Virus record (IMG/VR): IMGVR_UViG_3300037455_000492
DNA length: 20,000 bases
DNA from: an uncultured virus (IMG/VR IMGVR_UViG_3300037455_000492)
Lineage: Duplodnaviria; Heunggongvirae; Uroviricota; Caudoviricetes
Direction: 5' to 3' (one strand)
A program made the position numbers and the translations under genes. Of the stretch, positions 1 to 8,261 are shown piece after piece. Within the stretch, counting starts at the first letter, position 1; each line of letters starts with the position of its first letter. The notes beneath the pieces were generated by a model. It made no database searches. It had not been told where the DNA came from and saw only the letters and a program-made list of their open reading frames with translations.

Positions 1-2
1 GC

Positions 3-131
3 TGTGCCTGCTACAAGCGGTGGGTCGGCGAGAAACCGCTTGGCAAAAGCGAATGGTACGTGGACTACGATATGCCAATCATCTCCAAGGACAGAAATTA
101 TATCGAGCAGTACATTTTGCCGAAAGATTAA
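3..131 (+). CDS. 3' end of a hypothetical protein (partial, runs off window start)
   Basis: Frame 3 is open from the window edge (CACYKRWVGEKPLGKSEWYVDYDMPIISKDRNYIEQYILPKD) to TAA at 129-131, followed by an A-rich spacer and the next ATG. Confidence 0.6.
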   Translation, partial: CACYKRWVGEKPLGKSEWYVDYDMPIISKDRNYIEQYILPKD

Positions 132-169
132 CAATTCACTTTTTTATAAACAATCAAAAACCAAAAATT

Positions 170-595
170 ATGCTTACAATTATTTTATTAGCAGCAATTA
201 CAATCGGATGTATCATTTGGTCTTGCAAATCCGAATGGGATGTACAAGACGTAGCCATCGGCTTCGCTATCGTTATGTGCTTGTGCCTATCCATCGTTCT
301 TCTGACCTTGTGCAACAGAGGCAAGCGTTTCGAGTATGCCAAGCAGGAATACCTCAACTTGAAAACGCAGGTCGAGGAATACAACTCACTGCCCGACTCC
401 TGCAAGTTGGTGACATTCGAATATGACATCAGAAAGGACGTGTTGGCAATGAACAACAAAATCTCCCGCCACGCCGTTATGCACAAGAGCATTTGGAAGG
501 GCCCCTGGTTCAGCGAGGAAATCGGTCAACTCCCCAAACTCCATATTGTCGCAAAGACCAACAGTGACATCATTCAGCAAGAAACTGAAAAATAG
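170..595 (+). CDS. hypothetical membrane protein (two N-terminal hydrophobic segments)
   Basis: ATG at 170 after an A-rich leader; MLTIILLAAITIGCIIW and VAIGFAIVMCLCLSIVLLTL are hydrophobic, followed by a coiled-coil-like soluble part. Confidence 0.75.
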   Translation: MLTIILLAAITIGCIIWSCKSEWDVQDVAIGFAIVMCLCLSIVLLTLCNRGKRFEYAKQEYLNLKTQVEEYNSLPDSCKLVTFEYDIRKDVLAMNNKISRHAVMHKSIWKGPWFSEEIGQLPKLHIVAKTNSDIIQQETEK

Positions 596-601
596 CAAAC
601 T

Positions 602-898
602 ATGAACATTGACTTTGAAATTTGCGAGAAACCTATGCCGTTCAACAAGGACGCTGTTAAGTTTTTGTCCGAAAAGGGCAGTGTGATGTTTCTGTGGCTT
701 CGTGAAACGAAAGACGAATACGACTACGACAAGCACAAGGATGTCAAAAAAATTACGGACAAAATAGTCACGATAAACATCCACCCGAACATCACCATTG
801 TCGGACACGATTTTTTCAGTGACATACGTTTCCGCAACACGGAACTCATAGGATACTGCCCCCTTGAGTTCCCAAGTCAATGTCAAATCTCAATCTGA
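602..898 (+). CDS. hypothetical protein
   Basis: 98-aa ORF in the tightly packed + strand series. Confidence 0.7.
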   Translation: MNIDFEICEKPMPFNKDAVKFLSEKGSVMFLWLRETKDEYDYDKHKDVKKITDKIVTINIHPNITIVGHDFFSDIRFRNTELIGYCPLEFPSQCQISI

Positions 899-904
899 TT
901 CGTT

Positions 905-1540
905 ATGAAAGAAAAAGTATTTTCCACATTTCTCGGAATGCCAATTGTTATGGAGGTTGTGAAAGAGGATGAATCACAGTACCCGTACCAACTCACGCCA
1001 ATCAAATTCTCGAAAAAGGATATGAAACGGCTGAACATCAGCGAGCGCGACAACTATTGCCACATCACAAAGAACGGCAAGAAAGTCAGCGACTTGATAT
1101 TCAGACGCGGCGGTTTCTCATCATCCTTAAAGGATATGAACACGAAACGCTATGTCGAACTTCTGACCTATGACGAGGACAGATACAGCGATTCCGTGGT
1201 AAAGGATTGCAAACTCAAAAGTCCGTATTGCCTGCAATCGCACAACTGCGTTTTTGATATGGAGAAGCACGAAATCGCGTTCAAGACGAATGACCGTTTC
1301 CACGATTATATCTTCATCTACGAAAATCTGTGCATCAGCAAAATCAATGACGGAGTTTGGTTTCTTCCCGAAAGAAAGTGGGTGCTTGACAAATCCTACA
1401 ACTTGGACGGCTATATCGAAACCAAGCAGTTCATCTACGCCTATTCGGACAAATACAGAAAAGAGAACACGATTATGTACCGCATCGACAAAATAACGGG
1501 AGAGGTCGTGAACTGCAACGAAATAAACGGAACGGAATAA
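905..1540 (+). CDS. hypothetical phage protein (beta-rich)
   Basis: 211-aa ORF, 6 nt after the previous stop; no motif recognised with confidence. Confidence 0.8.
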   Translation: MKEKVFSTFLGMPIVMEVVKEDESQYPYQLTPIKFSKKDMKRLNISERDNYCHITKNGKKVSDLIFRRGGFSSSLKDMNTKRYVELLTYDEDRYSDSVVKDCKLKSPYCLQSHNCVFDMEKHEIAFKTNDRFHDYIFIYENLCISKINDGVWFLPERKWVLDKSYNLDGYIETKQFIYAYSDKYRKENTIMYRIDKITGEVVNCNEINGTE

Positions 1541-1542
1541 TT

Positions 1543-1956
1543 ATGGACGACTATTCAAGTTTTGAACTCGGACTGCTGCTGAAAAAGGCGGGGTTTGACG
1601 AAGCGTGCTTTATGGCATACGTCAAGTTCAACCACGGACTGAAAACATTGAAGTACGTGGACTGCCCGACCAACAGCGACTTGAACCATCTGTGGTGCAA
1701 CACCGAGTTTTGCAGCGCACCGACACACCAATCCGTTCTGAAATGGCTTCGCGACAAGTACAAAATCCTCGTATATATCGACTATGACGGTATGACGGAC
1801 AACTACTGTTGGGCTACAACCGATTTGGTGAGCGGCGACCCAAGACCCTATGACGGCATTGCCGACTCATATTACGATGCGGTCGAAAACGCCGTGAAAT
1901 ACATTGTGAAAAACGTCATACCGAAAGACATCGAGTGGGCAGAAAAACAAAGATAA
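1543..1956 (+). CDS. conserved hypothetical phage protein
   Basis: Motifs SFELGLLLKKAGF, APTHQSVLKWLRDK and SYYDAVENAVKY match a recurrent uncharacterised Bacteroidota-phage family (recalled pattern; not searched). Confidence 0.8.
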   Translation: MDDYSSFELGLLLKKAGFDEACFMAYVKFNHGLKTLKYVDCPTNSDLNHLWCNTEFCSAPTHQSVLKWLRDKYKILVYIDYDGMTDNYCWATTDLVSGDPRPYDGIADSYYDAVENAVKYIVKNVIPKDIEWAEKQR

Positions 1957-1957
1957 T

Positions 1958-2194
1958 ATGGAAATAAACGAAAGACGAAAGCAGATAACGAAAGAGGTCA
2001 AGAAAATTATCCAAGACCAATTCAACAGTTGGCATTCGAGAGACTGCGCGGAATGCCCGTTCACAGACGAATGCAAATACACGGTTATGAACACACAAAA
2101 CTCTTCATCGCTGTGCGAACTTGTATCGCGCAATTCAGATTCCAACAATGCGCCGACAAGGAAAGCAAACGAAGAAAATCTGATTTCTTGGTGA
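1958..2194 (+). CDS. small Cys-rich hypothetical protein (possible Zn binder)
   Basis: 78 aa with CAECPFTDEC...LC; starts 1 nt after the previous stop. Confidence 0.7.
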   Translation: MEINERRKQITKEVKKIIQDQFNSWHSRDCAECPFTDECKYTVMNTQNSSSLCELVSRNSDSNNAPTRKANEENLISW

Positions 2195-2252
2195 CATTCA
2201 ATAATTTTCGAAATTACCCCCTTTAATCTTGTAAACAATAGAAACAAATAGT

Positions 2253-2561
2253 ATGACAAGGCGAGAATTGGAAAATATGCAATGTGTACATAAGAAAATG
2301 CAGTTCGGCAAATATAAGGGAATGTGTATTCTTGATGTAATTGACAAGGATGCCTCTTATATCGTATGGTGCATAAAAAATGTGAAAGGATTTGAACTTG
2401 ACGAAAATTTAGTTCACGATATGCTTGCCCAATATGAACGTCACCATCGGAATTTGCAAAATGACACACCGCAAGTTTTACATCTTATGAAAACCTATGG
2501 TATGCACGCAAACGAGGCAATTGACTTCATTGACAATAACGAAATGCCCGAACATTTCTGA
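2253..2561 (+). CDS. FGKYKG-motif protein (exodeoxyribonuclease X C-terminal-like / DUF3820-like)
   Basis: MQFGKYKGMCILDVIDKDASYIVWC fits the FGKYKG-x-I-x-D-x-YxxW signature. Confidence 0.65.
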   Translation: MTRRELENMQCVHKKMQFGKYKGMCILDVIDKDASYIVWCIKNVKGFELDENLVHDMLAQYERHHRNLQNDTPQVLHLMKTYGMHANEAIDFIDNNEMPEHF

Positions 2562-2629
2562 TTATGAGACTTTGTAAACACAATTTATAACTGTCATTTT
2601 TTACAAGACTAAAGAGACAATTCCGATAA

Positions 2630-2641
2630 TTTTTATTATAT
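2630..2641 (+). promoter_or_regulatory. putative early promoter motif TTTTTATTATAT (copy 1)
   Basis: Same 12-mer occurs in three long intergenic gaps (2630, 12288, 15085), each 14-24 nt upstream of a + strand ATG. Confidence 0.6.
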
Positions 2642-2655
2642 TATAGAAAAACGAT

Positions 2656-2868
2656 ATGGACGTAAGATACCTATTTGACACTGACGAGATTGAGGTTACG
2701 GACGAATTCGGATTCCCGACATACTATCCTATGTCGGAACTCAAGGAGATAGACGCAAACGAAAGAGAACTCGGAACGGAAACCGAATACTTGATTGAGG
2801 AAAGGGGTTTGCACGTGGTGATGTACCCAGAGGGGGTGGTGTCGGATTATTTTATTGACGAGGACTAA
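2656..2868 (+). CDS. small highly acidic hypothetical protein
   Basis: 70 aa, 21 D/E vs 4 K/R by hand count; first gene after the promoter-like motif. Confidence 0.75.
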   Translation: MDVRYLFDTDEIEVTDEFGFPTYYPMSELKEIDANERELGTETEYLIEERGLHVVMYPEGVVSDYFIDED

Positions 2869-2881
2869 AAAACACAAGGAA

Positions 2882-3205
2882 ATGGAAGAAAAGCCGAAAA
2901 TCAAATTCAAGAATTTCAAGATATGGTTCGCCGACCAATGGAAACGCAAGAGGTTTTTTTACAACTTCTTCATTTCAAGGAACGCTTGGGGTGCGTTTTC
3001 AATCAATTCACACATCAACCAAGGAAGCGGCAAGCCAAAAGTGATGTACAACACACTCAAGACGGCGTTGAAAAGCGCGGAGAAAATGTCGGAGAAGCAC
3101 GGCACGCATTTTAGCACTTACAAATGCTTGTTCTGTGACGGATACCATATCGGCAAAAACAGAGACAATAAAATTAAAAAAACAGACAAAAATGACGGAG
3201 AATAA
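2882..3205 (+). CDS. basic protein with C-terminal YxCxxCxGxH zinc-ribbon-like motif
   Basis: KVMYNTLKTALKSA...YKCLFCDGYHIG is a common small phage Zn-finger pattern; ATG at 2882. Confidence 0.75.
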   Translation: MEEKPKIKFKNFKIWFADQWKRKRFFYNFFISRNAWGAFSINSHINQGSGKPKVMYNTLKTALKSAEKMSEKHGTHFSTYKCLFCDGYHIGKNRDNKIKKTDKNDGE

Positions 3206-3536
3206 AGAAGTTGTGCAGAATGTGAAGGAATGGATGGTGACTATATTCATCGTGCTGTTCCTTGTCGTGGGGTTCGCCCTTTCGGTTTTCACGAAAGAGT
3301 ACAAGGCTACTCGGAAAACAAACAAATTGGAAGTCGGCGACAGATTCAAGGTGGAATTCGTTTCCGATAACCCCTATGAAGACCACATCATTTTCGGCGG
3401 AACGATAACCGCGAAGCACGGGAACTACATCCAATATGTGAACGAGAAAGGCGACACCGTCTCAACGAACATTCGTGATGCATACCGTTTTCCAAAAATG
3501 TTCACAGTCACAGTTTACAAAAACAAAGAGAAATGA
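3192..3536 (+). CDS. single-TM hypothetical protein with SH3-like soluble part
   Basis: WMVTIFIVLFLVVGFALSVF TM segment, then LEVGDRFKV...GTITAKHGNYIQY. Confidence 0.7.
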   Translation: MTENKEVVQNVKEWMVTIFIVLFLVVGFALSVFTKEYKATRKTNKLEVGDRFKVEFVSDNPYEDHIIFGGTITAKHGNYIQYVNEKGDTVSTNIRDAYRFPKMFTVTVYKNKEK

Positions 3537-4192
3537 GCAAGACAATAATCACAGTAAGAAGAAAAAGTGACGGCAAGATTCTGAAGGATGTAATCAACGA
3601 TTCCTGCCAAGTACACAACATCTATGACGGAGATGAACTCGTTGAATCCAACAAGGATTACACAATCGGCTATGTCGAGGACGGAGGATTTCTCGATTGG
3701 TCTGACTACGAGGAAGTCTATGACTGCGATGAAACCGATGAGCAAAGAGAGGAATCCAACAAACTGCTCGACAACTTGGATAAATTGTCAAGGTACAACA
3801 CGAACCTTCTGATTGCCGACTTGTGCGCCCGCCTGCCGTACAATGTGGTCTGCCATATCTCGCAGCACGTGCAGGGCGGTGACTTGGAGCGTGACGACAT
3901 ACTTCAAAAAATCGAAAAAGACGGGACTTGCGAATTCTTGGAGACCGTAGGTTTTGAATACGGATGGTTCTTTGCCGAAACGGAAGTGCGCCCGTACCTG
4001 CGCCGTATGAACACTATGACAACGCAGGAAGGTTTTGAATTCAACGGGCTGCGCAACGAACACGCTAATTTCGATTTCCAAGTTACATCGCATTTGTTGT
4101 ACGATTGGCTCAACAAAAAGCATTTCGACTACAGAGGACTTATCGACAGAGGTCTTGCAATAGAAGTCACTGACGAAAACAACCCGTATTAA
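3533..4192 (+). CDS. RLPY/LRPM/HFDY paralog family copy 1, with ~85-aa acidic N-terminal extension
   Basis: LLIADLCARLPYNV...RPYLRRMNTMT...DWLNKKHFDYRGLIDRGLAIE; ATGA overlap with the upstream gene. Confidence 0.9.
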   Translation: MSKTIITVRRKSDGKILKDVINDSCQVHNIYDGDELVESNKDYTIGYVEDGGFLDWSDYEEVYDCDETDEQREESNKLLDNLDKLSRYNTNLLIADLCARLPYNVVCHISQHVQGGDLERDDILQKIEKDGTCEFLETVGFEYGWFFAETEVRPYLRRMNTMTTQEGFEFNGLRNEHANFDFQVTSHLLYDWLNKKHFDYRGLIDRGLAIEVTDENNPY

Positions 4193-4195
4193 GAA

Positions 4196-4378
4196 ATGAA
4201 ACAATTAATCACAAAGGAAGAATACATCGAGTCGGGCGAAAATGGAATACGTTTCGTGAAACTCACGCCGAAGCAGAAAAAGGCAATAAACAAAAGATTG
4301 GTCGGGGTCAGACAGCGTGTCATCGATAACAGCATAAAAGCACGCGAAGAGGCTTCGAAAATCCACATAAACCGATAG
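4196..4378 (+). CDS. small basic hypothetical protein
   Basis: 60-aa ORF filling the gap between flanking genes. Confidence 0.65.
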   Translation: MKQLITKEEYIESGENGIRFVKLTPKQKKAINKRLVGVRQRVIDNSIKAREEASKIHINR

Positions 4379-4380
4379 TT

Positions 4381-4926
4381 ATGGAAATCGAAGAAATCAA
4401 CAGATTGTTTGAAACCTCGCAGCAGTACGAGGAATTCAAGACAACTAACGGCAAGCAACTCCGAATCGGCGACTATGTTCGTGTGAACAAAATCGCCGAG
4501 CGCAAGTATATCCACCAAGGGATGTACAAAATCGGATTCAGTTTCATAGGCGGACTCCGCTTTGAATTGGTGGGCATCTACAAAGAAGAACACAAAGTAG
4601 AGCCGAACAACAAATACAAATACAAATTGGAGTGCGAATACAACCAATGGCTCGGCAGCACTTCGTTCAACAGCCTGCAATTCTATAAAGAAAAAGAGCA
4701 GCAGGTTTGGTATATTGACGGCGAGGTGTCCGATGTATTCAAAATCGAAAACCCGCGTGACGAGATAAAGAAAATCACCTTGCTTTGGCACGTCCACCAA
4801 AATTTTGTCAAGGAGATTGACAAAATAACCAACAGAGACAGAACCGACCAAAACGACCCGATTAACTTCGAGTACGAGGCAATTGAAAAATACATTCACG
4901 AGAATTTGGACAAACTTAATTTTTGA
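4381..4926 (+). CDS. hypothetical protein
   Basis: 181 aa; contains NGKQLRIGDYVRV, a KOW/YopX-like N-terminal motif. Confidence 0.8.
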   Translation: MEIEEINRLFETSQQYEEFKTTNGKQLRIGDYVRVNKIAERKYIHQGMYKIGFSFIGGLRFELVGIYKEEHKVEPNNKYKYKLECEYNQWLGSTSFNSLQFYKEKEQQVWYIDGEVSDVFKIENPRDEIKKITLLWHVHQNFVKEIDKITNRDRTDQNDPINFEYEAIEKYIHENLDKLNF

Positions 4927-4930
4927 TTTT

Positions 4931-5383
4931 ATGAAAAAGGAACAAAAAGAACTGCTGTTGAACACCTTGCTTCGCGGAGTGCAGCACGGGTTGAACGTGA
5001 TGCGTGGCGACACCATATATGACTTATATATGGTCGGCGACCAAAAAGCCGTTGTCGTAAAGACGCTTATGAGCAACTTGGAAACATTCCCCATCACGGA
5101 ACTCAAACCAATTATGCGCCCGATTTCCGATATGAAGCCCGATGAGGTGAAACGGTTATACGATATACTTTCCATAGATATGGACAACAACGATTGGCTG
5201 AAAGTGAACGACCTCGGAGTTATGCGCCTTTACAGTGAGCAGGGAAAGGAATACTGCGACATCGCCAAGTCTATGGATTATCTCGATTCAATCCACGTTG
5301 ACTACCGTGGTTTAATCAAAAGCGGAATCGCTATCGACATAACGAAAAACAAACAAATCAAATTGGTATGGAAGTCACTATAA
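4931..5383 (+). CDS. paralog family copy 2 (divergent)
   Basis: ELLLNTLLRGVQHG...KPIMRPISDMKPDE...DYLDSIHVDYRGLIKSGIAID. Confidence 0.85.
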   Translation: MKKEQKELLLNTLLRGVQHGLNVMRGDTIYDLYMVGDQKAVVVKTLMSNLETFPITELKPIMRPISDMKPDEVKRLYDILSIDMDNNDWLKVNDLGVMRLYSEQGKEYCDIAKSMDYLDSIHVDYRGLIKSGIAIDITKNKQIKLVWKSL

Positions 5384-5580
5384 CCAAAAAACTGTTTTTG
5401 ACAGTTGACATAGACATCCCCGATGACGAAATCACGCAGGAACGCCTTTCGGAAGAAATAAAGAAAGTCATTGAAAAGCACGATGACATAGAAGATTGGG
5501 ACACTACTGATTGGACGGGCAAAGAGCGTTACGAGGCATACGAAACATACGGCGGCACTGAACTTGAATTGAATTTTTGA
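5368..5580 (+). CDS. small acidic hypothetical protein
   Basis: 70 aa, 21 D/E by hand count; overlaps the previous gene by 16 nt. Confidence 0.7.
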   Translation: MEVTITKKLFLTVDIDIPDDEITQERLSEEIKKVIEKHDDIEDWDTTDWTGKERYEAYETYGGTELELNF

Positions 5581-5581
5581 T

Positions 5582-5908
5582 ATGGAAATAGATTGCAAAG
5601 AGGAAAAACAGATTGCCGAGGCAATCGTTGCCGCACGGAAGATGCAGGAATTTCTGTGGGGTGAGTACAACGGTCAGTGGAACATCGAGGAATGGCGGCG
5701 TATGTTCAGAAAGCGCATACAGAAGATTGACGACATTGACCCCGCCAACCCGCACGCCAAGGTTGAGATGCGGAAACGCCTCGTCCAAAACGCCGCTCTT
5801 TCAATCGCGCTGCTCCGAATAATTGACGAGGAGGGCATTCCGACAAAGGACTGCGACATACCGAGCAACCTGCCGCAATACAGCCAACCCTTAACACACA
5901 AGATATGA
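5582..5908 (+). CDS. possible all-alpha NTP-pyrophosphatase (MazG-like) fold protein lacking the acidic motif
   Basis: ARKMQEFLWG...W...KRLVQNAALSIALL parallels the ERxRQxxKWG...W...EE.GE...ELVQVAAVAVA pattern of small phage MazG-like proteins. Confidence 0.45.
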   Translation: MEIDCKEEKQIAEAIVAARKMQEFLWGEYNGQWNIEEWRRMFRKRIQKIDDIDPANPHAKVEMRKRLVQNAALSIALLRIIDEEGIPTKDCDIPSNLPQYSQPLTHKI

Positions 5909-6165
5909 CAAAGGAAGAAATATTTGACATCAACGGCAAGAATCCGAAAGTCGGCGACAGAATCGCCTTGGCTGTCGGTTGGGGGACGAACAACGCATAC
6001 CTCAACATCTGCACAATCAAAGAGATTGTCGAACACCCGAAAACCGTTGAGGTGAAACTAACGACCGAACTGACGGGTCTATACAACAGACTGACTGACA
6101 TTCGATATGAATGGAAGCCCGTCATCAAATTCCCTATGGAGCATTGCAAATTCATTATATTATGA
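5905..6165 (+). CDS. small SH3/KOW-like hypothetical protein
   Basis: DINGKNPKVGDRIA N-terminal motif; ATGA coupling at both ends. Confidence 0.7.
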   Translation: MTKEEIFDINGKNPKVGDRIALAVGWGTNNAYLNICTIKEIVEHPKTVEVKLTTELTGLYNRLTDIRYEWKPVIKFPMEHCKFIIL

Positions 6166-6479
6166 CACAGAACGAAACAAAGAAAAACAGAGACCTGCGG
6201 GACATAATCATCTTCATCATTATGGTTCTGCTTGCACTAACGGCGGTTATTGTCAGTTACTTCGAAAACAAGAAAGACCGCGATATGTGCAAAACAATTG
6301 AAAGCGAAATGCGAGGCAGCGCGTTTTCCGCCCCGTCAATCGCAACGGACATAAATTGGTCGCCGAAGTACAGAAAGGAAACCTTCAGCGGGCATACCTA
6401 TGTAATCCGTATGTATGATTCGCAGCAGATGGTTCACGACCCCGACTGTGCCTGCCAAAAGAAAAACACAAAACAATAG
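6162..6479 (+). CDS. single-TM hypothetical protein with C-terminal HDPDCxC motif
   Basis: IIIFIIMVLLALTAVIVSYF TM segment; GHTY...VHDPDCAC metal-binding-like motif. Confidence 0.75.
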   Translation: MTQNETKKNRDLRDIIIFIIMVLLALTAVIVSYFENKKDRDMCKTIESEMRGSAFSAPSIATDINWSPKYRKETFSGHTYVIRMYDSQQMVHDPDCACQKKNTKQ

Positions 6480-6481
6480 GT

Positions 6482-6805
6482 ATGGTAAGAAAGGCAATCA
6501 TAACAGACGGCAACTATGTCAAAATGGCGGTTGACTGCTACAACCTTGACGATGACGGCACATTCGGACACATCGGAAAGATGTACAAATTTGAGAACGT
6601 CAAGGCTACCATCAAGCAGGACTGCTATGACGAGGCTGACCTCCACTATTTCAGAAAGAACCCGAAAAAATTGGAGAAGGGAACGGAAGTGACAATCAAT
6701 GTATATTGGATTAACTTCTACGGCTCTTATTACAGAATCACACACGAGGGTAAGACATACGACATCAAACGGGACAACGTATTGTTCAACATTAAAAAGA
6801 ACTGA
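6482..6805 (+). CDS. hypothetical protein
   Basis: 107-aa ORF, tightly coupled to neighbours. Confidence 0.75.
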   Translation: MVRKAIITDGNYVKMAVDCYNLDDDGTFGHIGKMYKFENVKATIKQDCYDEADLHYFRKNPKKLEKGTEVTINVYWINFYGSYYRITHEGKTYDIKRDNVLFNIKKN

Positions 6806-6806
6806 T

Positions 6807-7241
6807 ATGACAGTAGAGGAAAAGAAACTTTTGGTGGTTGACCTGCTCGCGAGAATGCCATACGGTGTGTATGTGGAACACGAGAGCAGCGGTTTTGTGG
6901 GCGTGGCGCACAACATATCCGTATATCCGAAATACGGTGGCGAGGACGACACCATAACCGACTATGTATGCACAATCGACTTTTTCGGAGACCTCGGATG
7001 GCTTCCGATAGAAAACTTCAGACCGATGCTTCGACCTATGTCGAGTATGAGCGATGAAGAGAAAATGAAATACGTCACACTCACGCACTACAACACTGAC
7101 GAAAACGGAAACCCGTTCAGAGAACTCACATTGGAAGCCTTGGATTGGCTCAACGCCAATCACTTCGATTACCGTGGGCTTATCGAAAAAGGTCTTGCAA
7201 CAGTGAACGGACTGTACGAGCCGCTTGCAACGGAAAAATAA
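6807..7241 (+). CDS. paralog family copy 3
   Basis: LLVVDLLARMPYGV...RPMLRPMSSMSDEE...DWLNANHFDYRGLIEKGLA; ATG at 6807. Confidence 0.9.
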   Translation: MTVEEKKLLVVDLLARMPYGVYVEHESSGFVGVAHNISVYPKYGGEDDTITDYVCTIDFFGDLGWLPIENFRPMLRPMSSMSDEEKMKYVTLTHYNTDENGNPFRELTLEALDWLNANHFDYRGLIEKGLATVNGLYEPLATEK

Positions 7242-7267
7242 TCACCAACATCAAACAAACACATATT

Positions 7268-7741
7268 ATGACAAACGAGGAAAAGGAACTTCTGCTAAAA
7301 GACTTGTTCGCAAGAATGCCATACGGAGTGGTTGTGCGGATATTGCCAAGCAATGAAGAGGAGACACTCTATTCGGCAAGACTGAATGGAGGTAAATGGC
7401 TGTTTAACGACTGCTACTACCTTGAAGAGATAAAGCCCTGCCTGCGCAGAACGAGGAATATGACTGACAAAGAATTGGCTGACGCGACAAAATATATGTT
7501 CAACACTGACAAAGTGGTGTACACATCAAACGGCAATCAAGGTATGGGGTTTTATGGCGAGATGCCCAACGGACACAAACTTCGGCTTGACGAAATTATG
7601 TTCAAACTCGGATGCTGCGGCATAAAGAACACGGATTGGTTAAATATCCATCACTTCGACTACCGCGACCTCATCAACAAAGGGCTTGCCTTGGAGGTGG
7701 ATGCCAAATTTTACGCAGAGCCAACGGCTGACGTTCAATAG
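7268..7741 (+). CDS. paralog family copy 4
   Basis: LLLKDLFARMPYGV...KPCLRRTRNMTDKE...DWLNIHHFDYRDLINKGLALE; ATG at 7268. Confidence 0.9.
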   Translation: MTNEEKELLLKDLFARMPYGVVVRILPSNEEETLYSARLNGGKWLFNDCYYLEEIKPCLRRTRNMTDKELADATKYMFNTDKVVYTSNGNQGMGFYGEMPNGHKLRLDEIMFKLGCCGIKNTDWLNIHHFDYRDLINKGLALEVDAKFYAEPTADVQ

Positions 7742-7771
7742 CCGTATACCCTAAATATACGATTGGATAAT

Positions 7772-8254
7772 ATGGAAAACAAAAAAGACATAAGCAAGAT
7801 AGTGTTGGCGCATCGTAAAAAAGGAAGCGATTTCGCCAATGGATTTCAGATTTACAAGCAAACCGACATACGCGGTGATGAAAAGGTGTTCAAATTCGGT
7901 GACATCTATGTTTTGCTCGAATCCGAATTCGACTTGATATTCAGCCTCGGCGATTTGAAACTTGATTGGGTGGATTTCAAGCAGCCGTATGTCCCTACGT
8001 TTTGGGAAAAGGTGCGCAAAAAACTTTTCAACAAACCGTATCAAGAGTTCGTTGTGAACCGCCCGCGCAACGGAAGCATTGTAATCGTTGACTACGGCAA
8101 TTGGTACGAAACCGTTGAATTCAGTTACAGCAAAAACCACACCCCTATGTGGGTCACAGCCCTATACACGGGCATCAACCCGACACGATGGTCATACATA
8201 CCGAATTGGATATTCGAGTCAGCAGCCATACTAAAATCAAAACCAAATATATAA
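7772..8254 (+). CDS. hypothetical protein, possible C-terminal DUF551-like domain
   Basis: WVDFK...RPRNGSIVIV...W...PTRWSYIP resembles the W..P..V.V..W..THWxPLP pattern. Confidence 0.6.
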   Translation: MENKKDISKIVLAHRKKGSDFANGFQIYKQTDIRGDEKVFKFGDIYVLLESEFDLIFSLGDLKLDWVDFKQPYVPTFWEKVRKKLFNKPYQEFVVNRPRNGSIVIVDYGNWYETVEFSYSKNHTPMWVTALYTGINPTRWSYIPNWIFESAAILKSKPNI

Positions 8255-8261
8255 CGCATAT

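Noticed and set aside
2229..2580. TTGTAAACA direct repeat flanking the AT-richer FGKYKG gene as a target-site duplication
   Set aside because: Only 9 bp of AT-rich sequence, with no transposase or convincing terminal repeats
4189..5190. Long - strand ORF (333 aa) and other antisense ORFs such as 8337-8954, 16784-17458 and 1867-2469
   Set aside because: Shadow frames of well-supported + strand genes, with no motifs, promoters or plausible composition
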